In this document: positions 12,683 to 23,158 of the stretch, one piece after another | Layout: every line of letters begins with the position of its first letter | Position numbering within the stretch: the first letter of the stretch is position 1 | From: Azolla caroliniana | Lineage: Eukaryota; Plantae; Polypodiophyta | Length of the DNA: 64,000 nucleotides | Direction: 5' to 3' | Assembly: GCA_043228905.1 (NCBI GenBank) | Contig: JBHGNT010000015.1 | Location: 5,704,001-5,768,000 of the forward strand | Made by a program: the position numbers and the translations under genes | Notes under the pieces: generated by a model | The model's input: the letters and a program-made list of their open reading frames with translations, nothing else | The model's database searches: none | Told to the model about the DNA's origin: nothing

Positions 12683-12764
12683 ACGTGTATGAATCCTAAA
12701 CCTGAAAGTTACAACATATAGCACTCAAGATTCCATGTCTAGCGTAAAATGTCAAGCTCATGGA

Positions 12765-12984
12765 TGTGAAATGTTACGTGTGGAAGCTATATGAAACACA
12801 GAATACCGATAGAGAAAAAATAGGTTTAATGGAGAGCTTAAGACACAATATACACAGGAGAGACAGAGAGGGAAAAACACACAGAAAAAACTAAATTCGA
12901 ATAATGTGTAAACTTTGTACATAGGATGTGCTCAGAGAGGACTTTTATACAAGTTCATACGGATTGATAGAAGTATCGACACGT
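12765..12984 (-). mobile_element. Copia LTR fragment inserted in the tRNA array
   Basis: GTGCTCAG...CTTTTATACAAG...AAGTA motif shared with the LTRs at 850-1187, 7409-7772 and 57401-57870. Confidence 0.6.
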
Positions 12985-13578
12985 TGTCGTGCCTTTCGGC
13001 GCCGGATCGTTGTGTGAGTCAGTTGGGAACAACCGGGGTTTTGGACTAGGAGGAGAAGAATTTGAGGCTAATCTAGTTATGAATATGAATAGATTATAAG
13101 AAAGAGAGATTGAAACTTGTGAATCCCACAGGTATTTTGTATTAGATTAATCAATATTAAGATAAGAATATGAATTTGGATTGAAAGAGAAAGATATAGA
13201 AACCTCGTGAATCCCACGAGTATAGTTTATTTCGTGAATCCCACGAATATAATTTATTAATTGGTGTTTTCAAAAATATATCCAATTTCCAAATATTCCA
13301 CTTAATAAATTATATTCGTGGGATTCACGAAATAAATTATACTCGTGGGATTCATGAAGTTTCTATATTTTTCTCTTTCAATCCAAATTCATATTCTTAT
13401 CTTAATATTGATTAATCTAATACAATATACCTGTGGGATTCACAAGTTTCAATCACTCTTTCTTATAATCTATTCATATTCATAACTAGATTAGCCTCAA
13501 ATTCTTCCTCCTCTTAGTCCAAAACCCCGGCGGTTCCCACCTGACTCATGCAACGATCCGGCGCCAAAAGGCACGACA
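12985..13578. repeat. ~594-bp foldback (palindromic) LTR
   Basis: Arms 12985-13264 and 13298-13578 are reverse complements with roughly 15 mismatches by eye; termini TGTCGTGCC...GGCACGACA. Confidence 0.95.
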
Positions 13579-13616
13579 CAGTTGGCGAACCCGACGTGAA
13601 GACGGGTGGCAAAGAG

Positions 13617-14603
13617 ATGGAGAATCAACAAGAGGCGATGAAAACGATGATGATGATGTTCGAGCAGATGCCACAAGAACGAGCGATGTCGAAGATCACG
13701 GCAGCAGTAAAGCGGCTCGTACAACGAAACGGACAATTCAACGGAAAGGATGCGTCACACTATCTATGTGAATACAAGGTGGAGATGGTGCGATGTGGAA
13801 TACCAGAAGGATTGCAAGTGATATCCTTCTGTCGGGTGGCCACAAACGAGTTGCAAGAGAGCATCTACGAGATACAACAACAAAACCCAATGTGGGTATC
13901 CTTTGAGAAAGCTCTATTGGAGAAGTATGATTCCGAGAGACCGCAATGACGAGATCGGTGCGAGTTCGAGGAATGGGTGGCATCGGAGAAGACCCGCCGA
14001 AGCGTAACACAAGAATGCCTAGAGTTCGAGCATCGTTTTGCTCGTCTCTCCGAGCAGGATCAAAGATTGGTGGGGGAGGATAAAGTCCTAATGTTCGTAA
14101 GATCAATCGATCGGAAAAAAAGGATGGACATCGGGATTGAACTTGAAGATGATGACGATGCAAATGGCCTTACCGAGGATTGGGCTAAAGTCGAGAGAGT
14201 ATGCCGAAGACATTATGAGAGGAAGACGAGAATCTCGTCGGCAACAACATGGCCTATAAGGGATGATCGATTGAGGACGAATGATGTGTCCAAGACGAAG
14301 GTTGAAGTACGATACGTCAGTACCACGGGAGAGGGTATAGAACAAGGCATCCTCTTGCCTTGCGAAAGAATAATGGCTAAGGATAAGACCGATGACTTGA
14401 GAGTGGTGAACACCACTTCAAGGGTGGAAGAAGATTTCGGGATACGAGTGCCAGAAACATCGAGAGAGAAAGGAGTAAGCATAATCAATGCTTGCATGAT
14501 CGAGCGAGATAAAGAGTGCGAGGCAGATGTGATTGAGGAGGTAGCCATGAAAGATGACATCGAGTCGGAGGTGGCTATGAATGAGTCAATGGGGGATGGC
14601 TGA
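13617..14603 (+). pseudogene. gag-like ORF with one in-frame stop (13947-13949) and an acidic tail
   Basis: FNGKDASHYL, FEKALLEKY, KVLMFVRSID and GLTEDWAKVERVC are shared with the ORFs at 21032-23185 and 24277-25821. Confidence 0.8.
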
Positions 14604-15389
14604 GGCGAGACTTTCCCAATGTGAGACCGAAGAGACCGAAGGTGGTGGAGAGAAAACGAAGGTCGAAGCCGATGCATATGACGGAGAGATAGCCGAGAAG
14701 GTGGCTATGGGTGAAACGACGGAGGACGATAATACCAATGATTCCTACCCACTAATTCTAGAGACTTTGGCGGTTGTGTCGGAGAACCAACATGAGACCG
14801 GAGAAACGGGAGATGGCGCAAGGAAGGTAAACTCGGAAACCGGTTCGGATGGAAGATGATCTGTCCGAAATTCCGATCTAAACAAAAGCCGAACCAAGTG
14901 GAAGTGGATTCGGCCGAAATCCAATCGGTCGAGCTCGACCCGAACAAAAATCGTTCTAGCCGGAAGCCGATTGATTGAGACCTATGTGGATAAAAATTAA
15001 TCCGGTCCAACCGGAAGTCAAATCGGTTGAATCCGGTGAACAAGAGGAAAAGAAAGCTAGCTGATCGATTCATAGAAACTAATCGATTGAACCCGGCCCG
15101 AAAGGGGGCCAACTCAGTCGAAAACAATCCACTGAGTCGGATTCGGCTGAATACGAATCCGATCAGAAGCCGATCCAACCGAAAGCCGATCGGACTAGAC
15201 CGATCGGGAAAAAAGTCAAAGTTGATGAAGACAAGAAAGAGGTCAGGAAAAGACACAACCACGGATGACAAGGGCCAAGCGGATTTGAAGGGTGTTACTA
15301 ACGATGAGATCTCAACAAAGAAGGAAGGCTCTAACGGGAAGAACGTAAACACTAACGCGAGATTGTATGACGAGAGAGAACAAAGAATA

Positions 15390-15665
15390 TGGGGTATTGT
15401 GTCAATCAGATCTAGAGAATGTTGGCCGCAATGAGGGTATGAACAAGTTTTATAGCGAGCCAATCTAACAATGAACATGTGAGTTTATTGATGTGGAAAG
15501 AGCTTCCTTTGGACAACTTTAGACAAGTGTCACCACAAGTTACTAAACATCATCAAGACTTGGTGACGTAATGTTGTGCTTGTTTGATTATTTGTCTTAT
15601 AGATGACGAAAATATTTTAACATATCATACTTGCCGTGGTGGTTTAGTGGTAGAAATGTACCTTG
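15390..15665 (+). repeat. Sixth tRNA-Gly array unit; its tRNA 5' half (15633-15665) is cut at the anticodon loop by a copia LTR
   Basis: ACATATCATACTT-GCCGTGGTGGTTTAGTGGTAGAAATGTACCTTG|TGTTGGG. Confidence 0.85.
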
Positions 15666-16251
15666 TGTTGGGATTACGGTCCCTCCGGATGGGATGGTCG
15701 GATGTCCGGGAATCGGATGATGAATACCCCGGCTACGGAGCCGGATGATGAAGACCCCGATTACGGAGCCGGATGCTGAAGACCCCGGTTACGGAGCCGG
15801 ATGACGAATGTACCCGGAGAGAGATCCGGATGCGGGGACATATTTGTGAATATGTTTGCCAAGAGCCCTTGAGGCTATATTTGTAAATAGCCCGAAAGTC
15901 ATATGTGTATAAATATGACTTAGGGCAAACAGTTTAAAAGTTGTTGCTCATTTTTATGTTTGCAGCCGAGAGAGAGGGAGAGGGAGGAAGAGGTCGACAT
16001 CTCTGTGTATCACCGCCGCCTGTGGCGAAGACAGTGAGCTCAAGGTCGTTGCCTTGCAGCTTCACCATTGTACACCTCTGTTTATAGTGATAGTTGGAGT
16101 TTGAGGACTCCCGTGGTTTTTCCCATTTAGGGTTTTCCACGTAAAACATCCTGTGTACTCCTTTCTCTATTGTCCTCGTGCACTTTGTATTTCCCGTTTT
16201 CTGTGAGTTGATCCTATTCCTCGGTTTGTGACCGAGCGCTGTTTTGCAACA
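15666..16251 (+). mobile_element. 5' LTR of a young copia element; tRNA-iMet PBS at 16255-16266
   Basis: TGTTGGG...GCAACA followed by AAT-TGGTATCAGAGC; 28-bp tandem repeats in U3. Confidence 0.93.
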
Positions 16252-16282
16252 AATTGGTATCAGAGCAACGGTAACACAGAAA

Positions 16283-19200
16283 ATGGAAGGCGGCGGTAGT
16301 GGGCCTCCGGGCATGATGGTGTTGAACTCACAGAACTACGCCGACTGGAAGATAAAGATGGAAGACCTTCTCATCGTCCGAGACCTGTATGAACCGATCG
16401 ACAATGCCGAGATACCCAAGGGGGTAATAGAGGCGGAGTGGAAGCTCCTGAACCGGAAAGCCGTAGCGACGATCCGGCAATATGTCGATGTAAGCGTTCT
16501 ACAACATGTGGCGAACGACACCAACGCATATGAGATGTGGAAGAAGCTGTCGGGCCTCTACGAGAGGAAGAATGCGTTGAACCGGACCTCCCTGATGAGG
16601 AAGATAGTGAACCTCAAGTACCGGGACGGCGAGAATATGGTGGAACAAGTGAGCACGTTCATGGGATTCGTGAACCAGCTTGCGGCGATCAAGTTCCCGT
16701 TGGAGGATGCAATGCAAGCCATCATTCTGATGTGTACATTGCCGGAAAGCTGGGAGAACTTGGTGGTGACTCTCAGCACCTCCTGCACCGAAGATAACTT
16801 GTCTCTACAAACGGTAAAGACAAGCATTTTGAACGAAGAAGCGCCTCGGAGAGATAAAGAACCGGTTTCCGATCCGAAGATGCTGCTTACCGAATCGGAT
16901 CGGGGAAGACAATGGAACCGGAGTCCGCAAAGACGGGAGAAGTCGGGGACCCGGTCGCAGTCAAGAGGAAGGCCCACATGCTTCCACTGTGGGAAGCCGG
17001 GGCACTTCCGGAAGAATTGTCGGCATTACCGAAAGGACAACGGAGCCGACGACACCGACTCGAAGAAGTCACCGGAGAGAAACGGTGCATACCGGGGAGC
17101 CACGGACCGGAGAGGTCCGGATCGGCGAGGGCAAGACCGGAAAGGAACGACGGCACTCGCGGCAAGTGAAGAAGAGATAATGCTCATTACCGAAGAGAGG
17201 GAGCTGAACCTTGCCGGTGTAGAGATGACCTGGGTGGTCGATTCCGGAGCGTCATTCCAGCTGACCCCGGAGAAGAAATACTTCTCATCCTACACAGCCG
17301 GTGAGCACGGCTGTGTCCGGATGGGAAATGAAGGCACATGCCGGATTGCCGGCATAGGAGACGTGTGGCTGATGACATCAACCGGATGCAAGATGCTGCT
17401 GAAGGATGTTCGACACGTTCCGGAGGTCCGATTGAACCTGATCTCAGCCGGGAGGCTAGATGTTGAAGGCTACACGGGTAGCATCCGGAACGGTGTCATG
17501 AAGTTCAGCAAAGGGAGCCTGATAGTGGCTCGGGCCCGGAAGGTCAATACACTGTACCTGATGAATTCCCGGCTATGTCCGGAGGAGCTGAACGTGGCAG
17601 CCGACACTACCGGTGAGCTGTGGCACAAGAGACTGTGCCACATGAGTGAGAAGGGGAAGAAGAGGCTTGCCGATGACAACCTGATACCGGTAAAGCACGT
17701 ACACCTGGGGAAGTGTACCGACTGTCTGGCCGGTAAGCAAAATCGGACCTCCTTCCACTCAAGGCCACCGACGAGACGTAGCGCACCATTGGAGTTGGTA
17801 CACACTGATGTGTGTCAAGTAGAAGCGAAGTCACATGGCGGAGCTCAGTACTTCATAACATTCATAGATGACCATAGCCGGAAGCTGTGGACGGCACTGT
17901 TGAAGACAAAGGACCAAGTATTGTCCGTCTTCAAAGAACTCCACGCGAGAGTGGAAAGAGAATCCGGCAAGAAGCTGAAAGCGATACGAGCGGATAACGG
18001 AGGGGAATACCGGGGGCAGTTCCAGGAGTACTGTCGCTCGAAGGGAATCCGGCTCGAGTTTACTGTGCCGAAGACGCCGGAACTGAACGGGCTGGCCGAG
18101 AGGATGAACCGGACCATAATGGAGAGGGTCCGGAGTATACTAGCACATGCGAAATTACCCAAGGGATTTTGGGCTGAGGCAATGTCGACGGCGACGTATG
18201 TGATAAATAGATCACCCTCAGTACCTTTGGACGGAGACACGCCGCAAAAAGTGTGGACCGGTAAGGAAGTGTCCTACCGGCATTTGACGGTGTTCGGGTG
18301 TCTCGCATACGTGCATGTGGCAAAGGACCGGAGAGGAAAGTTAGATCCAAAGACGCGGCCATGCATATTCCTCGGTTACGGCGACGACGAGTTCGGCTAC
18401 CGAGTATGGGACCCAGTCGACAAGAAGATATTCAGGAGTCGAGATATCATCTTCATGGAGGACAAGACACTCGCCGACTGGGAGTCGGAGAAGAAGATGA
18501 AGAGCTCCAAGTCGACCGGTGAGGATCAACTCTACGAAGAGCAGTCCCGACCGGCAAGGGACCGGTTAGCACTCGAGGATCCGGCCGAAGACGGTGAAGA
18601 AACAGAACCGGCCGAGGAAGATGAAACTGATACTGGAACCGGCCCCGATCCCGAAATGGATTCGGATGAAGAGGAAACGGAGGAGCCGGTTACCGAAGCT
18701 CCGGAACGGAGATATCCTCTAAGAGAGAGAAGGGCCCCCCGGAGATTTCCGGAACCAGAGCACGTGCTGCTAACCGACGAGGGGGAGCCGGAGAGCTTTG
18801 AAGAAGCAAAACTTGACACCCATAGCCGCAGGTGGTTAAGTGCCATGCAGGAGGAGATGGATTCCCTGCATGAGAACCACACATATGAACTTGTGGAGTT
18901 GCCGAAAGGAAAGCGGGCACTTCGAAACAAGTGGATGTTCAAGCTGAAACCGGGAGATGTCGGAAACCCCCCGAGATACAAAGCCAGGATCTTAGTGAAG
19001 GGGTTCCAGCAGAAGAAGGGCGTCGACTTTGACGAGATATTTGCCCCGGTAGTGAAGATGACCTCCATCCGGACGGTGCTGAGCATAGTGGCAAGCGTGG
19101 ACCTCGAGGTAGAACAGATGGACGTGAAGACGGTATTCCTTCACGGTGACCTCGAAGAAGAGATCTACATGCAGCAACCGGAAGGATTCGAGAAGAAAGG

Positions 19201-19302
19201 GAAGGAGCACCTGGTATGCCAGTTGAAGAAGAGCCTTTACGGACTGAAGCAGGCTCCCCGGCAATGGTACCGGAAGTTCGACTCTTTCATGACCGACGAA
19301 GG
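16283..19302 (+). CDS. Copia (Tnt1/Tork-like) Gag-Pol, open from gag through the N-terminal part of RT, then interrupted
   Basis: About 1000 codons without a stop: CFHCGKPGHFRKNC, WVVDSGAS, LWHKRLCH, VHTDVC/RADNGGEY/AERMNRT, QMDVKTVFLHG, SLYGLKQAPRQW. Confidence 0.95.
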
Positions 19303-20031
19303 TGTCACAATTCCGTGCTCGGCCACAACCGAGGAACTGGATCGATTCACAGAAAACGGGAAATACAACAATGCACGAAAACAATAGAGAGAAGGGTACA
19401 CTGGATGTTTTACGTGGAAAACCCTAAATGGGAAAAACCACGGGAGTGCAAGACTCCAACTATCACTATACGCGGGAATGTACAATGGCGAGCTGCAAGG
19501 CGACGACCTTGAGCTCACTGTCCTCGCCACAGGCGGCGGTATTACACAGAGGCGTCGACCTCTTCCTTCCTCTTTCTCTCTCACTCTCTCTCGGCTGCTC
19601 TCACTTCGCTCCCTCTTAGTGGAAAACAGAAAAATGAGCAACATAATAAACTGTTTGCCCTAAGTCATATTTATACACATATGACTTTCGGGCTATTTAC
19701 AAATATAGCCTCAAGGGCTCTTGGCAAACATATTCACAAATATGTCCCCGCATCCGGATCTCTCTCCGGGTACATTCGTCATCCGGCTCCGTAACCGGGG
19801 TCTTCATCATCCGGCTCCGTAGCCGGGGTCTTCATCATCCGGCTCCGTAGCCGGGGTCTTCATCATCCGGCTCCGTAACCGGGGTCTTCATCATCCGGCT
19901 CCGTAACCGCAACCGGGCTTGCCGTCATTCATCTCCGGACATCCCATCCGGAGGGACCGAAATCCCAACAAACTCCCCCTTCACTTCGGCATGGGATGTC
20001 TCTCCAATCCGAGCCTCTTCCGGCATGCTTA
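19303..20031 (-). mobile_element. 3' LTR (19303-19970), PPT and RNase H tail of a same-family copia inserted in the opposite orientation
   Basis: Reverse complement of LTR 15666-16251; AACTCCCCCTTCAC at 19971; tail translates ACRKRLGLERHPMPK*. Confidence 0.92.
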
Positions 20032-20131
20032 NNNNNNNNNNNNNNNNNNNNNNNNNNNNNNNNNNNNNNNNNNNNNNNNNNNNNNNNNNNNNNNNNNNNN
20101 NNNNNNNNNNNNNNNNNNNNNNNNNNNNNNN
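20032..20131. other. Assembly gap (100 N)
   Basis: Run of N characters. Confidence 1.
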
Positions 20132-20448
20132 ATCTACTATTATGAGTTAACCAAGATATCTAGTACTAGTTATATATGTAATTGGTCCTTATTATTTTGC
20201 TAGCATCATGTGCATAGTTGCTCCCTTGTAGTATTTACACTTGGCACATGCATGCATACCTACATGCTCTATTGTAGATTCACATGCGTGCAACAAGTGT
20301 GCATGCCATGTAGTATAAATAGAGGAGTTCACCTTGAAGGAATTCAAGGTGAACAACACCAGTTATGGAGTCTTTCCTTTAGTACTATCTTCTTTCTTGT
20401 CCATTTGGTTATCTTCTTGGTTGTCTCTTGAGTTTATGATCCGTGACA
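20132..20448 (+). mobile_element. Probable LTR 3' portion abutting the gypsy pol
   Basis: TATAAATAG at ~20314, ends ...CCGTGACA, and composition switches abruptly at 20449. Confidence 0.5.
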
Positions 20449-21041
20449 TCTTCCTCCGCCGGCAGTAGGAACCCGCCCCCACCGATTTCGAGCTCTCGGA
20501 GCGTCTCGTCGGTGAAGGTGTGCCCTATGCAGGCCGGATCTCGTAGACTAGGGTCCGATGCGACCCCTTTGATTCTCGACGCGCTGTCCTCCGGCAAGGG
20601 TGCCGCGACTGGCCTTACCTTCCGGTCCATAGTCTTGTACTTGGTGCTTACGTGGGCCGTCCGAACTGACTCAAGCCCTCGACCGAAGTCCGCGATGGCT
20701 TCGTACATCTCCTCGGAACACACCGGTATCGTCCGGTCTTCGTTAAGGCCTTCTTCGATTACCTTTCCCAGCATTCCCAAGGTGTCGTCGAATGAGACCG
20801 CCTCCACGGCTCCGTTGATTTCCTCGTCCGGGCCGAGAACTCCGCACGCTCGAAGTCTCCCCTCCGCCTTTGTCTTCTCTCGGCCGCCGATGCCGACTAT
20901 CGTACACGCTCCGCTGTCGGAGAACCAAAATTCCCTACCTATGGTACAAGGTTTCTTCGGTTTTATCGTACAGGTGTGGGGTTTTCCCGGGGTGTCCGGA
21001 CTATCGCGGCCCCACGCCTTGGCAGCCCTCTCTAAAAATCC
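20449..21041 (-). CDS. 5' part of pol in the -1 frame (truncated)
   Basis: The frame is open from GGATTTT to 20449 and contains TKYKTMDRKVRPVAAPLP. Confidence 0.7.
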
Positions 21042-23158
21042 TCTCGGTTATCGGAACCGAGGGAGTTGCGGTTACGCTCGTGGTTCGGCCTAACCGTCAA
21101 AAACTGGACCGAATGGCGCCCGTCCTGGCTCTTGACCCGCGCATAGGCCGAACCGTTGTCCAGCACCTTGGTCTCCATTCGAGCCGCCGTGATGTACGGC
21201 TCTCCCAGTATGACGGGGTGTGATGACGACTCCTGCACGAAGAAGTGCTGGTCTATCTCGACGTCGCCGATCTTGACCCGTACATTCGGGCAGGCCCCGT
21301 GAAGTTCCTCGGTGGCGCGCGTCGCCGCCCTTATCTTCCACCCGTGCTTGGTGTTGATCGGCCATTTGCCCTTCTTGTAGAAGTCCATGGACATCAGGTT
21401 GATTTCCGATCCGTGGTCCACCAAAGCTACTACCGGTTCCTGGACATCGCCAATCTTTACCGGGGTTTCCGTGGTCGCTCGGGCCCAGTGTGGCCGCGAA
21501 TAGTGGCTCTCCGCCCACTCGTCTTCCAGCGCCATGTCGTCCAGGTGCGTCGTCCGCACTTCCACCGGTCTTTCCGGTTCTGTCTCCGTCGACAGCCTCT
21601 TCCGTTTCACCAAGTCCACGATGGAGTCGTGGAACTCCTTCTTGGCGATTCCCAGCACCTCCCGTAGCGACAGCTCCACCTTGCTGTCGAGGATCCGTTC
21701 CTCCAGGACCTTTCGTAAGTCAGTGGTTCTTTCTATCTCCGTCCCCAGACGGTATCCGCCCTTCTGGGGTTTATCTTGCGTACTGGCCCCGCCGGCTTCG
21801 TCCCGTCGTGGCCCGGACCGGGTCTCGTATCGTTGTGAGGGCCCGGTCGTCCCGGGTTTCCCCACCCGCTTCTCTTCTACCAGAGCCTCGTAGTTCCGGC
21901 AAGCGGCTTCCACGAAGCCCGTCTTTTCCTCGACCGGGTCGCTCCACCCGGTCATCTCCCGTACCCGTTTCTCCGCACGGTCCGATTCCTCCCTTTTAAG
22001 CCCTGCACCGGCAAGGCCTTCCAGCATCGTCGGCCAGAATCCGGCTTTGCTTTCCTTTCGGGCCTCGTTGCCCCCGACTCGAATACCGGCCGACGCCGAG
22101 TAGTGGACGGTTTCCGCATGTCGGGCCGCCGCCTCTTCCATCAACCTCTTCATACCGCCTTTTCCGTCGTTTCGGCTCAGGGCCCTTCGGGTGTCGCTGG
22201 CATGCACCCGTCCTTCCCACAGGTACACCACCCTGTTCCTCAGCGCCTCCGCGAAGTCGCCGCAGTCCTTCCGAATGTGGCCGACTTCATCGCACCACAT
22301 GCACCTGTTTCCTGCCGCCGGCCGTCGGTCACGAGCCGGTTCGCCTCCTTCCCTTCGGGCCTGCGCGATTTGGAGGTCCTTAATCGCCTTCGTCAATTCC
22401 TCCAGCGCCGCTCCTCCGGTTGAGCCTCTGACTACGCCGGTCGAAGCCGAACCAGTATCCAACCACTCTCGGGTCTCTTCCTTTCGCACCTGTGGCGCTG
22501 GTTCGAGCTTCCTTGCTGCGACCGAGCCCGACCCGGTTGCACCGTTATCCGCCCATTCTCGCCGTTTGTCGAAACGGCCACAAACCTTCCTGACAGCCGC
22601 CCAGTCGGTAGTGAGCCCGTCTTCGGTTTCCAGCAAGAAGCCCACTTGCTCCCGATCCCGCTCGTCGACCGACTTGACAAACAGCAAGACCCGGCTCGTG
22701 TCCAGGATGGTTCGGTCGAGCGCCGAAAGGCGCGCAAAGTTTTCCTCGAACTCCCGGAGGAGCGCCGACGCGTTTCTTCCCTTCCCCGGGGACTCCACCC
22801 ATTCCATGAACCTTCGCTTCGAAAGCCGGAGCGCGTCGTCCAGCCCGTATTTCTCTAGGAGCCGACCTTCGAACTCCTCCCAGGTACGGCTCTCCGTCCG
22901 CACCTCGAGCACCTCCGCATGGATGCTCGGCATCGCTACTCGGGGAAATCCGGCAAGACGCCTTTCTTCCGGAATGTCCCGCATCAGCATCTCTGCACCG
23001 TAGGACGCCAAATACTTCGTGGCATCCTTCCCATCGAACCGGCCGATCGTGCCGACGACCGCCTCAATAGCTCTGTCGAGGGCACCGGTGCCCTCGCGCG
23101 CGTTTACGATCCGATCCACGGCCGAAGCCATGGCCTCTGCGAGATCCGACCCCCTCAT
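21032..23158 (-). CDS. Gag-protease polyprotein (about 708 aa)
   Basis: Open ORF with zinc knuckle CMWCDEVGHIRKDC, protease ALVDHGSEINLM and VILGEPY. Confidence 0.9.
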   Translation of the reverse strand: MRGSDLAEAMASAVDRIVNAREGTGALDRAIEAVVGTIGRFDGKDATKYLASYGAEMLMRDIPEERRLAGFPRVAMPSIHAEVLEVRTESRTWEEFEGRLLEKYGLDDALRLSKRRFMEWVESPGKGRNASALLREFEENFARLSALDRTILDTSRVLLFVKSVDERDREQVGFLLETEDGLTTDWAAVRKVCGRFDKRREWADNGATGSGSVAARKLEPAPQVRKEETREWLDTGSASTGVVRGSTGGAALEELTKAIKDLQIAQARREGGEPARDRRPAAGNRCMWCDEVGHIRKDCGDFAEALRNRVVYLWEGRVHASDTRRALSRNDGKGGMKRLMEEAAARHAETVHYSASAGIRVGGNEARKESKAGFWPTMLEGLAGAGLKREESDRAEKRVREMTGWSDPVEEKTGFVEAACRNYEALVEEKRVGKPGTTGPSQRYETRSGPRRDEAGGASTQDKPQKGGYRLGTEIERTTDLRKVLEERILDSKVELSLREVLGIAKKEFHDSIVDLVKRKRLSTETEPERPVEVRTTHLDDMALEDEWAESHYSRPHWARATTETPVKIGDVQEPVVALVDHGSEINLMSMDFYKKGKWPINTKHGWKIRAATRATEELHGACPNVRVKIGDVEIDQHFFVQESSSHPVILGEPYITAARMETKVLDNGSAYARVKSQDGRHSVQFLTVRPNHERNRNSLGSDNREDF

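Larger units (their letters stand above)
10577..12764 (+). repeat. Tandem array of ~400-490-bp units, each headed by a tRNA-Gly-derived sequence
   Basis: Recurring ACATATCATACTT-[tRNA]-ATGCGTATGAATCCTAAACCTGAAAG...CACAAGTTGCTAAACATCATAAAG; the array resumes at ~15390. Confidence 0.92.
12985..15389 (+). mobile_element. Non-autonomous Trp-primed gypsy derivative (hairpin LTR, PBS 13583-13599, gag-like ORF, no pol seen)
   Basis: PBS TGGCGAACCCGACGTGA is complementary (one mismatch) to the plant tRNA-Trp 3' end; right boundary is approximate. Confidence 0.8.

Noticed and set aside
12985-13578. miRNA precursor or ordinary MITE
   Set aside because: TG..CA termini, the clade's U5 motif and an adjacent PBS and gag identify it as LTR-derived, and no TSD brackets the hairpin alone.
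15713-15805. Regular 28-bp repeats (also 19782-19908) resembling a CRISPR array
   Set aside because: They are head-to-tail with no unique spacers, lie inside copia LTR U3, and no cas genes are present.
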